From Candidatus Bathyarchaeota archaeon (GTDB lineage: Archaea; Thermoproteota; Bathyarchaeia; Bathyarchaeales; DTEX01), in NCBI GenBank assembly GCA_018396435.1, contig JAGTRG010000001.1, positions 9,659-73,658 on the forward strand: a DNA stretch of 64,000 bases, read 5' to 3'. Positions 17,155-26,126 of the stretch are shown piece after piece. Each line of letters begins with the position of its first letter. Position 1 is the first letter of the stretch. The position numbers and the translations under genes were made by a program. The notes beneath the pieces are model-generated. The model was not told the origin of the DNA. It searched no databases and worked only from the letters and a program-made list of their open reading frames with translations.

Positions 17155-18675
17155 GCCTCCTCAACCTCCTTAAAAGCTCATCCACATTGGGCGTATCTCT
17201 ACTAGCAAGCTTCGCTGAGAACTCAGCTATTTTCGGCAGATACTTTGCGAATATGGATAGGCGGGCCTTTTCACGTTTAGCCTTCTCCTTCTTAGAGAGG
17301 TAAATGTCAAGTTGGCGGGCAACCTCCCTTATCCCGTTAAGTATCTCCCTGCTAACCTCAGGTCTATCAGCGATCATCTCCTTACCAACGGTTTTCCACG
17401 GAATTTTAGTGCTGCATATGTGGACTAGAACCGCGAAGGGCATGCCCGAAGTCAACCCGTAATTCCTCCAATTAATCGACTTAACAATTTTCCAGCTCAC
17501 ATCGCCTGATTCATCATAGACCAGCGGTATTTTGTTAGCAAATCTGTAAAGCAGTATGTCCTCGCTCGTAGGGATTTTCCCCCCATAGGCTATTCCAACC
17601 TCAATTATGAACGGGTGGCCGGAGTAGGCTGAAGGCTTACGCTGGGAAACCGCCACAAACTCAGGTTCCAGCTCCTTCAGGACGCCAGCTTTAAGAAGGT
17701 TCTCACCTAAAGGCGAGAGGCATCCTGCATCTGGAGGGAGAAACTCCTCGAAACTTTTCATAGCATGCACAAGGTTCACAATCTCCTCGGGTTTAAGCTT
17801 CTTCGGATCAGCATCCTCTGGAAAACCAGCGAATCTGAGAAAGTTTTTAGCTATGCGCTTACCAACCCTGTGGAAGTGCTTCTGCATAAAGTCAAGCAGC
17901 GTTTTACAGCTTGTCACACGTATTATCCTATACATTGTTTCAACATCTATACCGTGCGGATGCGGTAAAGTTTCCCTCGGCTGCGGTGGAAGAACCGAAA
18001 CCGTCCTCTCAAACTTATACAGTCTCCCTCTGGGGTCAACAAACGTTATGCTCGCATAAGGGTTAACGATCGCTGTTTGCCTCAAATACTCTAAGATTTT
18101 AGGCATGGCCTTATAGTAGTCCCCTTCAACATACACCTCAACGATTGTTCCACGCCATTTATTCTCATTCTCACGCACTCTCCTATCCAGGATAACCGGA
18201 CGGTTCCGCTCTATATCTATCATTAAAGTGTACTCGTAAATTTTAGATGTCCCAGTGCTCGATATTACCTTAACAGGCTTATTCGTCGTTATCTGCCCAT
18301 AGAGAATCGTCATTGTTCCGCCAAGACCGAATGTTCCACGGGACTGCTTCAGCTTATACTTTGAGCTGAAGAGAAATTGGCAGAAGGCTAAAGGAACGAA
18401 ATCAGCCGGTATGCCGGAACCATTATCCTCAATCCTTAAAACATAAAGGTTTTCACTCTTCTCATTCACGAAGGATAGGCGTATGTAAATATCCGGCAGG
18501 ATCCCTAAGGGTTCAGAGGCGTCAAGCGAGTTTTCAACAAGCTCTCTTATTGCTGAAAATATCGCCCTAACTGGGTTCGCGAAGCCCGCTATCTCCCTAT
18601 TCCTATAAAAGAAGTCTGCAGGACTTATCTCTTGGAATATTTGGCTTATTTTCCCACGCCCCTCTTAAAAGGCAT
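17141..18675 (-). CDS. top6B: DNA topoisomerase VI subunit B. The 5' end needs a -1 frame change or a non-canonical start.
   Basis: Bergerat-fold N-box SAIRELVENSLDA and ISPADFFYRNREIAGF lie upstream of the first in-frame GTG (18469). The frame is open to 18664 with no ATG/GTG/TTG. The ATG at 18675 is in the +1-offset frame. IEDNGSGIP G1 box. Confidence 0.85.
18649..18655 (-). other. G_GGA_AAA slippery-heptamer-like site followed by a 0-frame TAA
   Basis: Reading from ATG 18675 gives ATG CCT TTT AAG AGG GGC GTG GGA AAA TAA. A -1 shift on G GGA AAA joins ATA AGC CAA..., the top6B frame. Confidence 0.4.
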
Positions 18676-18700
18676 TTTTCACCTATCCACATAATAAGAT

Positions 18701-18712
18701 TAAAATAAATAT
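18701..18712 (-). promoter_or_regulatory. TATA-like box upstream of top6B ATG 18675
   Basis: ATATTTATTTTA sits about 30 nt upstream of the ATG, which is consistent with a near-leaderless transcript. Confidence 0.35.
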
Positions 18713-18725
18713 GTTCCTATCATGC

Positions 18726-19310
18726 TCATTCATGCCCGGGTAATAGCGATCTGTCCTCCCAGAGCTCAAGGCGCCTCCTCTTAAGCTCCTGCCTCTTCCT
18801 CTGGAGAAACTTGTAAACGGTTGAGTGCGTGCTCCCACCTATTAGGAGGTTCACTGCCTCTCGGGCAACGCTGACCTGTTCAGCGTCTCCTATTATTGCA
18901 ACAGTATGCCCATAAACGGAGACAATGGTCTCGCTCATCTCCTCAATTATCTCCCTAGTTCTCCCATTCCTCCCAATTATCCTGCCCTTAACCCGCCTAA
19001 GCTCAGCCTCCGATTTACCAAATATATCCCTTAAATCGATTATTTCAAGCATGTAATCTTCATTTTCAAGGAGCTTAAACGCCCGCTCCGGAGAGAAACC
19101 CCTGCCGATAGCCATAACTGTATCTTTAGCCCTGAATATCAGCGTTGGGTCCTCAGCCTTCTCCTTTAAAGTTATGGTTACATCCCCGGTTTCACTGTCA
19201 ATGTCAAGCTTCACACCTAGTTTCTCCTCTATATGGTTCTTCACGCTTCCATTTACGCCTATTAGAACGCCTATTCTCTCCTTTGGTATCTTAACGAATA
19301 GCTGCGCCAC
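18726..19310 (-). CDS. KH-domain RNA-binding protein (Dim2/Pno1-like)
   Basis: Two KH modules (IPKERIGVLIGVNGSVKNHIEEK; GRIIGRNGRTREIIEE). It is adjacent to rio1. Confidence 0.8.
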   Translation of the reverse strand: MAQLFVKIPKERIGVLIGVNGSVKNHIEEKLGVKLDIDSETGDVTITLKEKAEDPTLIFRAKDTVMAIGRGFSPERAFKLLENEDYMLEIIDLRDIFGKSEAELRRVKGRIIGRNGRTREIIEEMSETIVSVYGHTVAIIGDAEQVSVAREAVNLLIGGSTHSTVYKFLQRKRQELKRRRLELWEDRSLLPGHE

Positions 19311-20193
19311 CGGTTATCACCCTATATGCCTCTTCAACCCCAATAACATTTACACCGAGCTTCTCAAAATAACGATTTATATTTTCAACATCCCTCATCA
19401 GAAATTGGCCTGCATTAGGATGCTTAATTGAAACCGCCTGGGAAAAATCAAATAGGACGGGTCGGCCCCTAAAAACCATAACGTTATATTCGCTTAGGTC
19501 CCCGTGCACGAGCTCAGCGCCCCTATACAGCCTCTTAACATGCAGGAGAATAGTCCGATAAGTCCTCTCCGGACTCTTAAGTTCAACCTCCCTAAGCAGG
19601 GGGGCGCTGACGCCGTTTTTACCTATAAACTCCATTAGGAGCACATTGTTCTTTACGGTTATCGGCCTGGGAACCCTAACCTTCACCTCATAAGCCGACT
19701 TCAAATTTTTAAATTCCTTCTGAGCCCACAAATAAACTAGGCTTCTCAAATTCTTTCTAACATTCTCAAATCTCGGGTCGCCGAGAATATATGGCAGCCT
19801 GCCCCTCCTAAACTCAGCTGAAACGGTTAAAAATATTTTTATGGCGATCTCCTCACCCGCTGAGTTTATGCCCCAATATATGCGCGACTCCTTCCCTGAG
19901 TCCACAACGCCGTAAATCTCCTTTATTTCACCCCCATTCATGAAATCATATATCGTCATGAGGGTTGACTTATCAAAAACCTCCTCAAGAACCGCCATCT
20001 CAGATGAGCGGTCCTTAATCAGCATTCTATCCCTCTTCTCCATCTTCTTAATCTTCTCCGCTACCTTAGCCCTGAGCTCTTCCTCGGCTTTCATGCTCCT
20101 CTTTCTGCCCAGATCGCTTTTCTCCTCTTTTATTTTAGCGCTGCTCATATTAGCAGATTTAATGTATATCACCCTATTTAATGTTCCCTTCAA
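19291..20193 (-). CDS. rio1: RIO-type serine/threonine kinase Rio1
   Basis: GKESRIYWG...IAIKIF...LVHGDLSEYNVMV. The true start may be the internal MSSAK at 20148. Confidence 0.85.
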   Translation of the reverse strand: MKGTLNRVIYIKSANMSSAKIKEEKSDLGRKRSMKAEEELRAKVAEKIKKMEKRDRMLIKDRSSEMAVLEEVFDKSTLMTIYDFMNGGEIKEIYGVVDSGKESRIYWGINSAGEEIAIKIFLTVSAEFRRGRLPYILGDPRFENVRKNLRSLVYLWAQKEFKNLKSAYEVKVRVPRPITVKNNVLLMEFIGKNGVSAPLLREVELKSPERTYRTILLHVKRLYRGAELVHGDLSEYNVMVFRGRPVLFDFSQAVSIKHPNAGQFLMRDVENINRYFEKLGVNVIGVEEAYRVITGGAAIR

Positions 20194-20461
20194 CAGGATT
20201 GCCGAAAAATAGAAGAAGGATAAAGCATGCCTTATTAAAGACGCTTACAGCTGAGAAGAATTCTTCAACGTAGTGTTTAAAGGACTCATTGTTAGGAAGC
20301 AAAAATAGATTTCTAAAGGGAAAATTTATGAAACTCGCATAAGTTAAAATTGCGCGAAGTTAAACCAGTAGTTAGTGTATCTGAAAAAGAATGCCCGCTT
20401 ATTTTCTTTTTGAGGGCAAATTTTAAATAAATGTGGGAATATTATCGCATTAGTGGGAAAT

Positions 20462-20686
20462 ATGAGCATTGTGAGGCTAGGTTCAAAAGGAAGGCTAACA
20501 CTGCCAGCCGAAGTAAGATCTAAAGTTAAGGCTACAAAATTTCTCGTTGTTCTAGAAGGGGACTCTATAAGGTTAATTCCACTTCCAGATCCATTAAAAA
20601 TTAAGGGTTTAATCAGAATTCCTTGGGGTGTTGAGGAACTTGAAGAGGCGGGTGAACAATTTGTTCTCAAAAGAGATGAAGGGTAA
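20462..20686 (+). CDS. vapB: AbrB/SpoVT-fold antitoxin (VapB-like)
   Basis: VRLGSKGRLTLPAEVRSKV looped-hinge-helix motif. It overlaps the downstream PIN gene by 11 nt. Confidence 0.7.
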   Translation: MSIVRLGSKGRLTLPAEVRSKVKATKFLVVLEGDSIRLIPLPDPLKIKGLIRIPWGVEELEEAGEQFVLKRDEG

Positions 20687-21107
20687 ATTCCTTCTAGATA
20701 CAGATGCCTTTATATCATACATAAGTGGCGACGAACTTGTAGAGCAAGCGGAAAAAATTGTAGAGCTCATAACAGACGGAGCAGTAGAAGCATTTGTATC
20801 GTCAATGCTTTATGATGATGTGATCTCCGCATTACGCTCTAAGGGAATGGAAATCGACGACGTAATTCAAGTTTTAGTAGCAATAGCATCCATACCCCAC
20901 GTATCTCTCCCGATAACTACGCAAATAGCAATAAGCGCATTAACACTTTACATGCGGCATGGAGGACCAAGAAAACTCCATTATTTCGATGCCTTTCACG
21001 TGGCCACAGCCAGATATCATGAATTGCCAATGATAACAAGCGACAATTACATAAACGAGCATCAAAAGAGCCTGGGAATAACAGCATATAACCTAAGAAA
21101 AATATAA
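20676..21107 (+). CDS. vapC: PIN-domain toxin (VapC-like)
   Basis: FLLDTDAFISY, FDAFHVATA and MITSD acidic residues. The start MKGKF is preferred over the longer ORF from 20628. Confidence 0.75.
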   Translation: MKGKFLLDTDAFISYISGDELVEQAEKIVELITDGAVEAFVSSMLYDDVISALRSKGMEIDDVIQVLVAIASIPHVSLPITTQIAISALTLYMRHGGPRKLHYFDAFHVATARYHELPMITSDNYINEHQKSLGITAYNLRKI

Positions 21108-21359
21108 AATGATAAGAAAGCGGGTCTATTCAGCCAAACTTCGCCCTCTAATGCAATCATTTGAATGGTGAATACTGAATCGTCTCTTCTCTCTTTCCTA
21201 TCATATTTATTTCTCTTAATTTTTCCAGAATCCCGCATTTACTTTCAAGTTCCAAGTTCAAGGTGTCAAAATTATTTCTAATGATTGTGCGATGAGGCTG
21301 GAAAATGCTATTAAGCTATTAAATTAGAACTATCAGTATGAATGGAAATGCATGTCATC

Positions 21360-21956
21360 CTAAATTGTTCTTCTTGCGCCGCAATTTGGGCAGACAGTTT
21401 CGGTTTGAGGCATTAGGGTTCCGCAATATTTGCATGGGATCATCACCACTTCCCGGATTACCTCCCTCTCCTTAATGACCGGTGCGGCTGACGGTTGGGC
21501 TACCTGCACCTCCAATGCTTGGCTTGCAGCATCCGGTCTGCCCTTAACGGCGATCACGCCCTTAATTGACCATGTAACCCTCCTGTCGATGCTTTTAAGC
21601 GTCGGCTTCATCGTAACCGGAATCTCTATGCTGAACGGGAATTTTCCTGTGAAACCCTTCGGTATATGTGTTGGTCCGCTAAGGCTTGGCTTTGCAGAAT
21701 ACAGCGTCGCTGACTCCCAGGTCTCCTTAGTGACTTCGCGCTTCAGCGTTGCATCGTAAACAGGCTTAAAGACCTTCGCTGACTCAACGCATTGGAGTTC
21801 GCATCTTATATCGTCAGCGTCGAAGTCTTCAGAGGAGGATACTGCCAGCTCACCCTCAACTTTCTCGCCTAAAAAATATGTGCTCTTGTTAAGGTTTAAA
21901 ACTAGGTTAACCTTAGGCGGCGTGACCTTCTCAACCATCTTTCTTAGGAATGCCAA
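21360..21956 (-). CDS. Arrestin/Spo0M-like beta-sandwich protein with a C-terminal zinc ribbon
   Basis: VNLVLNLNKSTYFLGEKVEGELAVSS...IRCELQCVE matches the arrestin-N/Spo0M pattern. The C-terminus is CKYCG...CPNCG. The ATG at 21938 is an alternative start. Confidence 0.4.
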   Translation of the reverse strand: MAFLRKMVEKVTPPKVNLVLNLNKSTYFLGEKVEGELAVSSSEDFDADDIRCELQCVESAKVFKPVYDATLKREVTKETWESATLYSAKPSLSGPTHIPKGFTGKFPFSIEIPVTMKPTLKSIDRRVTWSIKGVIAVKGRPDAASQALEVQVAQPSAAPVIKEREVIREVVMIPCKYCGTLMPQTETVCPNCGARRTI

Positions 21957-22102
21957 ATGGGCGTCTCCCTAATGGTCAATCTGATTCTTAATACTTATTT
22001 CTTGAGGAATCTCCAGAAATAATTTATGGTTTCCACCAAAATACATTTATAAAAATCTTTAAGAATCTATGACGTATTGCGTATTGAATTGGGCGGGTCT
22101 CA

Positions 22103-22939
22103 ATGAAGCTCTCTTTCACAACTTTGGGGTGCCCCAGCTGGGATCTGAACAGGATAGTTGAGAACGCTGCCAATATGGGTTTCGACGCTGTTGACTTTCG
22201 AGGTTTACTTGAAGACATAGATATAACTGGGCGGCCTGAGTTCACAACCAATCTCAACAAAACAAAGAAGCTATTTGCCGATTACGGCGTCGCAGTTTCC
22301 GGAATATCCATCTCCGCCCGGTTTGCCGTTTTAGATCCCCGGGAAAGGATGGAGCAGTTTGATGAGACGCGGCGCAACATGGCTCTTGCCGCTGAGCTAA
22401 ATGCGCCTGTGGTCCGCATATACGGAGGCACGATACCAAAAGGCTACACTGCTGAAACAATCATGCCGTTGATCGTGCAGAATCTGCGGGAAATTGGAGA
22501 TGAAGCCGAAGATTACGGTGTCACGCTGGCTTTAGAGACCCATGATGACTGGATTGACTCATCTCTTTGCGCTAGGCTAATGAGGGAGGTAAATCATAAG
22601 CGCATCCGCATACTATGGGATCTGCATCATCCATATCGCATGAAGGGCGAACCTCCGGAGTTAACCTACAGTAATCTGGCGCCCTACATTGTTAATATTC
22701 ACGTGAAGGATTCAATAGTGGACGATGAGGGAAGAGTGAGGTACGTCTTGCTTGGGGAGGGAACAGTACCAATAAGAAAGATGCTCAGCATGCTGATAGA
22801 AGGGGGCTATGGAGGATATGCCACATTAGAGTGGGAAAAAAGGTGGCATCCGTACCTATCTGATCCCGAAATAGTATTTCCACAATATGTGCAAAAAATG
22901 CATGAGTGGCTGGGCGAACATATAAGAAGAGGCTGCTGA
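22103..22939 (+). CDS. Sugar phosphate isomerase/epimerase (xylose-isomerase-like TIM barrel)
   Basis: VDFRG...LALETHDDW...WDLHHP...HVKD pattern. Confidence 0.7.
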   Translation: MKLSFTTLGCPSWDLNRIVENAANMGFDAVDFRGLLEDIDITGRPEFTTNLNKTKKLFADYGVAVSGISISARFAVLDPRERMEQFDETRRNMALAAELNAPVVRIYGGTIPKGYTAETIMPLIVQNLREIGDEAEDYGVTLALETHDDWIDSSLCARLMREVNHKRIRILWDLHHPYRMKGEPPELTYSNLAPYIVNIHVKDSIVDDEGRVRYVLLGEGTVPIRKMLSMLIEGGYGGYATLEWEKRWHPYLSDPEIVFPQYVQKMHEWLGEHIRRGC

Positions 22940-23483
22940 AATAAGCGCTATAAACCACTCTTAAAACTCCCAACTATATCCTCTTGGTGGATAGGCTTAG
23001 AGCAGGGCTGGTTAAATATGGAAATAAGTCATCATTATTATTTTGTTGTTATCATTTTGATGTTATATGATTCAGCTGAGGTTTCGCCTTCATAAGTCTA
23101 TTAAGAAACAATGCTCCCACTATATCCTTGGGATTGACCGGGGAAATTTTAGAAGATCCCTTCGAGAGAAACCTTTTCGTTGAAAAACCCGGAAAAGAAT
23201 TCGAGAAATTTTTAAATAATTTCTTGAAGACGCTAAAAGAAATTGCCAGCGAATGCTAAATTCTTTAAACCCAAATGCCAGAGTTTACACCTAATCAAGA
23301 ATTAAACCAAAAAAGGTTTAATATTCAATTTTTCGCTTGATTTTCATCGAATAGTTGATACCCTCTCCTAGATTTTTACACAAGCCCAGAAATGCTAGCT
23401 GTGCTTCTTCCAGAATTAAGAAACTCTTAACCTAGCGCTGAAACCATTTTGGGTTTAAAATTATAGAAGAATTCTTGGCATAA

Positions 23484-23792
23484 TTATTGAATTGTTAGAA
23501 GGCCCATTTTGCGCAGGTGTTCCGCCTGGCCCTTCGTGTAGCGCCAGATTATATCCCCGCGCGTGTCGTACTGGAAGTCCCATGGGGATACTAAGACAAT
23601 GTCGCCGATCCTTATCCAGAACCTCCGCTTAAGCTTACCCCTTATCCGGCATATGCGTTCATGCCCATCTTGGCACTTAACCAGTACGCGGTCGTAGCCA
23701 AGCAGCTTCATAGCTATACCTAGCACATCATTCCCAGATGGGAGCACCAGCTCACTCATGTCTTCCTCGCTGATAACCTTCTTTTTACCCAA
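23484..23792 (-). CDS. eif1a: Translation initiation factor aIF-1A
   Basis: LGYDRVLVKCQDGHERICRIRGKLKRRFWIRIGDIVLVSPWDFQ OB fold. Confidence 0.92.
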   Translation of the reverse strand: MGKKKVISEEDMSELVLPSGNDVLGIAMKLLGYDRVLVKCQDGHERICRIRGKLKRRFWIRIGDIVLVSPWDFQYDTRGDIIWRYTKGQAEHLRKMGLLTIQ

Positions 23793-23888
23793 ACTTTTGC
23801 CTCTTGAAGGATACTGTCTTCGACTTATCTGTTAAAAGGGGGAACCTTGCTTAAATACTTTTAATTATCGCTCTGGAGAAATGCTGGA

Positions 23889-24767
23889 TTATAAGCCGGA
23901 TAAACTCCAAACCCTGCTAACCGCTTCACCGATTTTTCTCACGGCCTCCCGAATCGGTAGGCTTATCAATCTCTCATCGAAGGGTTCGGGGGTCACTGGG
24001 CCATCGTACCCGACATCCCACAGCGCCCTTAGGAAACCAACGATGTCTATGACGCCTGTCTCGCCCGGAAGCCTTCTGATATTATCCCTCTGCTCATCAA
24101 CTGGTATGCCTTGGGGCGCATCGTTAATGTGGACGTAAACTATCTGCCTGCTTCTTAAACCCCTTACCTGCTCCACAGTTCCATGCGATGTATACCAATG
24201 CCAGCTGTCAAGCAGTAATCCAACATTTTCAGTTCCAATCGCATCGCAGAGCTTAAGCATGCCGTCCATTGTGCATATGAACTCATACTTATGTCCAACC
24301 CTAAGGGTCTTAGGCGCTACAAACTCCAACCCTAGGAGGCAACCGTAATCTTCCAAAATTTCGGCTATGGGCCTAAGCCTTCTAACGTGTAATTCAAAAT
24401 TCTCATTAAATGGTAAAATATCGGAGAAGGGAATTATCCACGTAAAAACCCTGTAACAGCCTATTTCATCCGCTATCTTGGCTAATATGGGTAAATTCTT
24501 AAGATCCCCCTCATATTTCCCCTCACCGCCTCTGAAATCCACCGGTAGAGCCCAGCCGCCGAGCCTTAGATCCCCCAAGAGGCCTTTAATATCCATGACG
24601 CTGCTCTTTTTAAGGAGGCTCCAGATTTCCAGGATATTTATGTCTATCCCCTCGAAGCCGCCTAGATTGGCCAAATCTACTGCTTCATGGAATGATGCTT
24701 GGAAGCCCAGCGCGTTGGGATTAAGGTTTTTAAACATATGAGCACCGCCGAATTTGGAGGGGTTCAT
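23889..24767 (-). CDS. Sugar phosphate isomerase/epimerase (xylose-isomerase-like TIM barrel)
   Basis: LGLEFVAPK...LLLDSWHW...VHINDA pattern. The internal MFKNL start at 24737 is possible. Confidence 0.65.
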   Translation of the reverse strand: MNPSKFGGAHMFKNLNPNALGFQASFHEAVDLANLGGFEGIDINILEIWSLLKKSSVMDIKGLLGDLRLGGWALPVDFRGGEGKYEGDLKNLPILAKIADEIGCYRVFTWIIPFSDILPFNENFELHVRRLRPIAEILEDYGCLLGLEFVAPKTLRVGHKYEFICTMDGMLKLCDAIGTENVGLLLDSWHWYTSHGTVEQVRGLRSRQIVYVHINDAPQGIPVDEQRDNIRRLPGETGVIDIVGFLRALWDVGYDGPVTPEPFDERLISLPIREAVRKIGEAVSRVWSLSGL

Positions 24768-25981
24768 TCAAAGAGCGTAACGGTTACCTCCTCACCCTCA
24801 TCTATGACGTCAAGGTTAACTGGTAAGATCACGTAGCCATCAGCCTCCGAAAGGCTTGTTATGTCACCTGACTTCTTAAACGCCGGGTAAGCTTTTCCGT
24901 CAACTATCTTCACGGTGAGGAATTGCTCCCGTCCGGAGGCGGAAACAATACGTTTTGCCATCTTAGCCTTAACAGTTGTCGGCCTTTTAGGCGGCATCCT
25001 CGCCATCTTACGTATAATCGGGATCAGAAATACGTATGCATTGCTAAGGCATGATGCTGGGTAACCCGGCATCCCCAAAACCGGTTTTTCCCTCACAACG
25101 CCGAATAATGTTGGTTTACCGGGCTTTATCTGGACACCGTGAAATAGGAGCTTACCGTCTTCCTCTATGATATCCGCCAGCATATCCCGTTCCCCCACTG
25201 AGCTTCCCCCTGAAAAAACTATTAAATCATGATCTATGTATCGATATAGGGCTGCCCTCAAATTTTCATATGAATCTGGAATTATTGGGGCTCTCGTGAC
25301 TGATGCACCGTTCTCAAGAAGTAAAGAGGCCAGAGTATATGAGTTTACATCATAGACCTGTCCCTCCTTAAGTTCAAGCCCTAGATCCTGAACTTCCACA
25401 CCAGTTGGAATTAACGCCACTCGAGGTTTCCGGTAAACCAGAGCTTTTCTTAAGCCCAACGCCGCGAAAACACCTATTTTAGCGGGCGTTAAAACCTCAC
25501 CCTCCCTAATTATTGCCTCACCCTTCTTCACGTCCTCCCCCCTAGGCGATATATTTTCAAGCGGATGCACAGCCCTATAGATCGACACGTCGTCCCCCTT
25601 CTCCTCAGTGTACTCGGCCATAACTACAGCGTCGGCGCCGGGCGGTATGGGGCAGCCTGTTGCTATGCGGATACATTCTCCATTCCTTATCTCCCTGCTC
25701 GTTGATTCACCAGCGCGTAAAACCCCAACCAGCCTTAGGGTTTTAGGGTTGAATTCCGACGCGCCGTAGGTGTCCTCAGCCCTCACAGCGTAACCATCCA
25801 TAGCGGCCCTATCGAAAGGCGGAATATCCATCCCAGCTACAAGATCCTTGGCTAAAACCCTATTCGCAGACCTCTCGATTGGAACCAGCTCCGCTGCCTC
25901 CACTGGCTTGACGTGCTCCATAATTATCTCCAGGGCCCTTTCACGAGACATTAAAAGTTTAAAGGGCGTAATCTCGCTCAT
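24764..25981 (-). CDS. moeA: Molybdopterin molybdenumtransferase MoeA
   Basis: PPFDRAAMDGYAV...SGGSSVGERD...PGKP pattern, 405 aa. Confidence 0.88.
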   Translation of the reverse strand: MSEITPFKLLMSRERALEIIMEHVKPVEAAELVPIERSANRVLAKDLVAGMDIPPFDRAAMDGYAVRAEDTYGASEFNPKTLRLVGVLRAGESTSREIRNGECIRIATGCPIPPGADAVVMAEYTEEKGDDVSIYRAVHPLENISPRGEDVKKGEAIIREGEVLTPAKIGVFAALGLRKALVYRKPRVALIPTGVEVQDLGLELKEGQVYDVNSYTLASLLLENGASVTRAPIIPDSYENLRAALYRYIDHDLIVFSGGSSVGERDMLADIIEEDGKLLFHGVQIKPGKPTLFGVVREKPVLGMPGYPASCLSNAYVFLIPIIRKMARMPPKRPTTVKAKMAKRIVSASGREQFLTVKIVDGKAYPAFKKSGDITSLSEADGYVILPVNLDVIDEGEEVTVTLFE

Positions 25982-26126
25982 GCTAACCCAATTCTCCTTT
26001 CCTTAATAAGAGACATGATGAGTGAAACATAAAAGGCTTTCAATTTTACGGCTTAGAAAACATTGCGGAAAACGATTTTCTGGGAAAATTTATAAGACAT
26101 GATTCTTTCAAAAATAGTGTGGGATC

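Noticed and set aside
20344-20670. 108-aa ORF on the - strand.
   Set aside because: It is antisense to vapB and the vapBC junction. It has no motif, whereas vapB/vapC have clear AbrB and PIN signatures and the classic overlap.
23262-23460. 12-nt inverted repeat TTTAAACCCAAA / TTTGGGTTTAAA about 170 bp apart, considered as possible MITE ends.
   Set aside because: In AT-rich DNA of this window size roughly one such match is expected by chance. There is no extended terminal similarity or target-site duplication.
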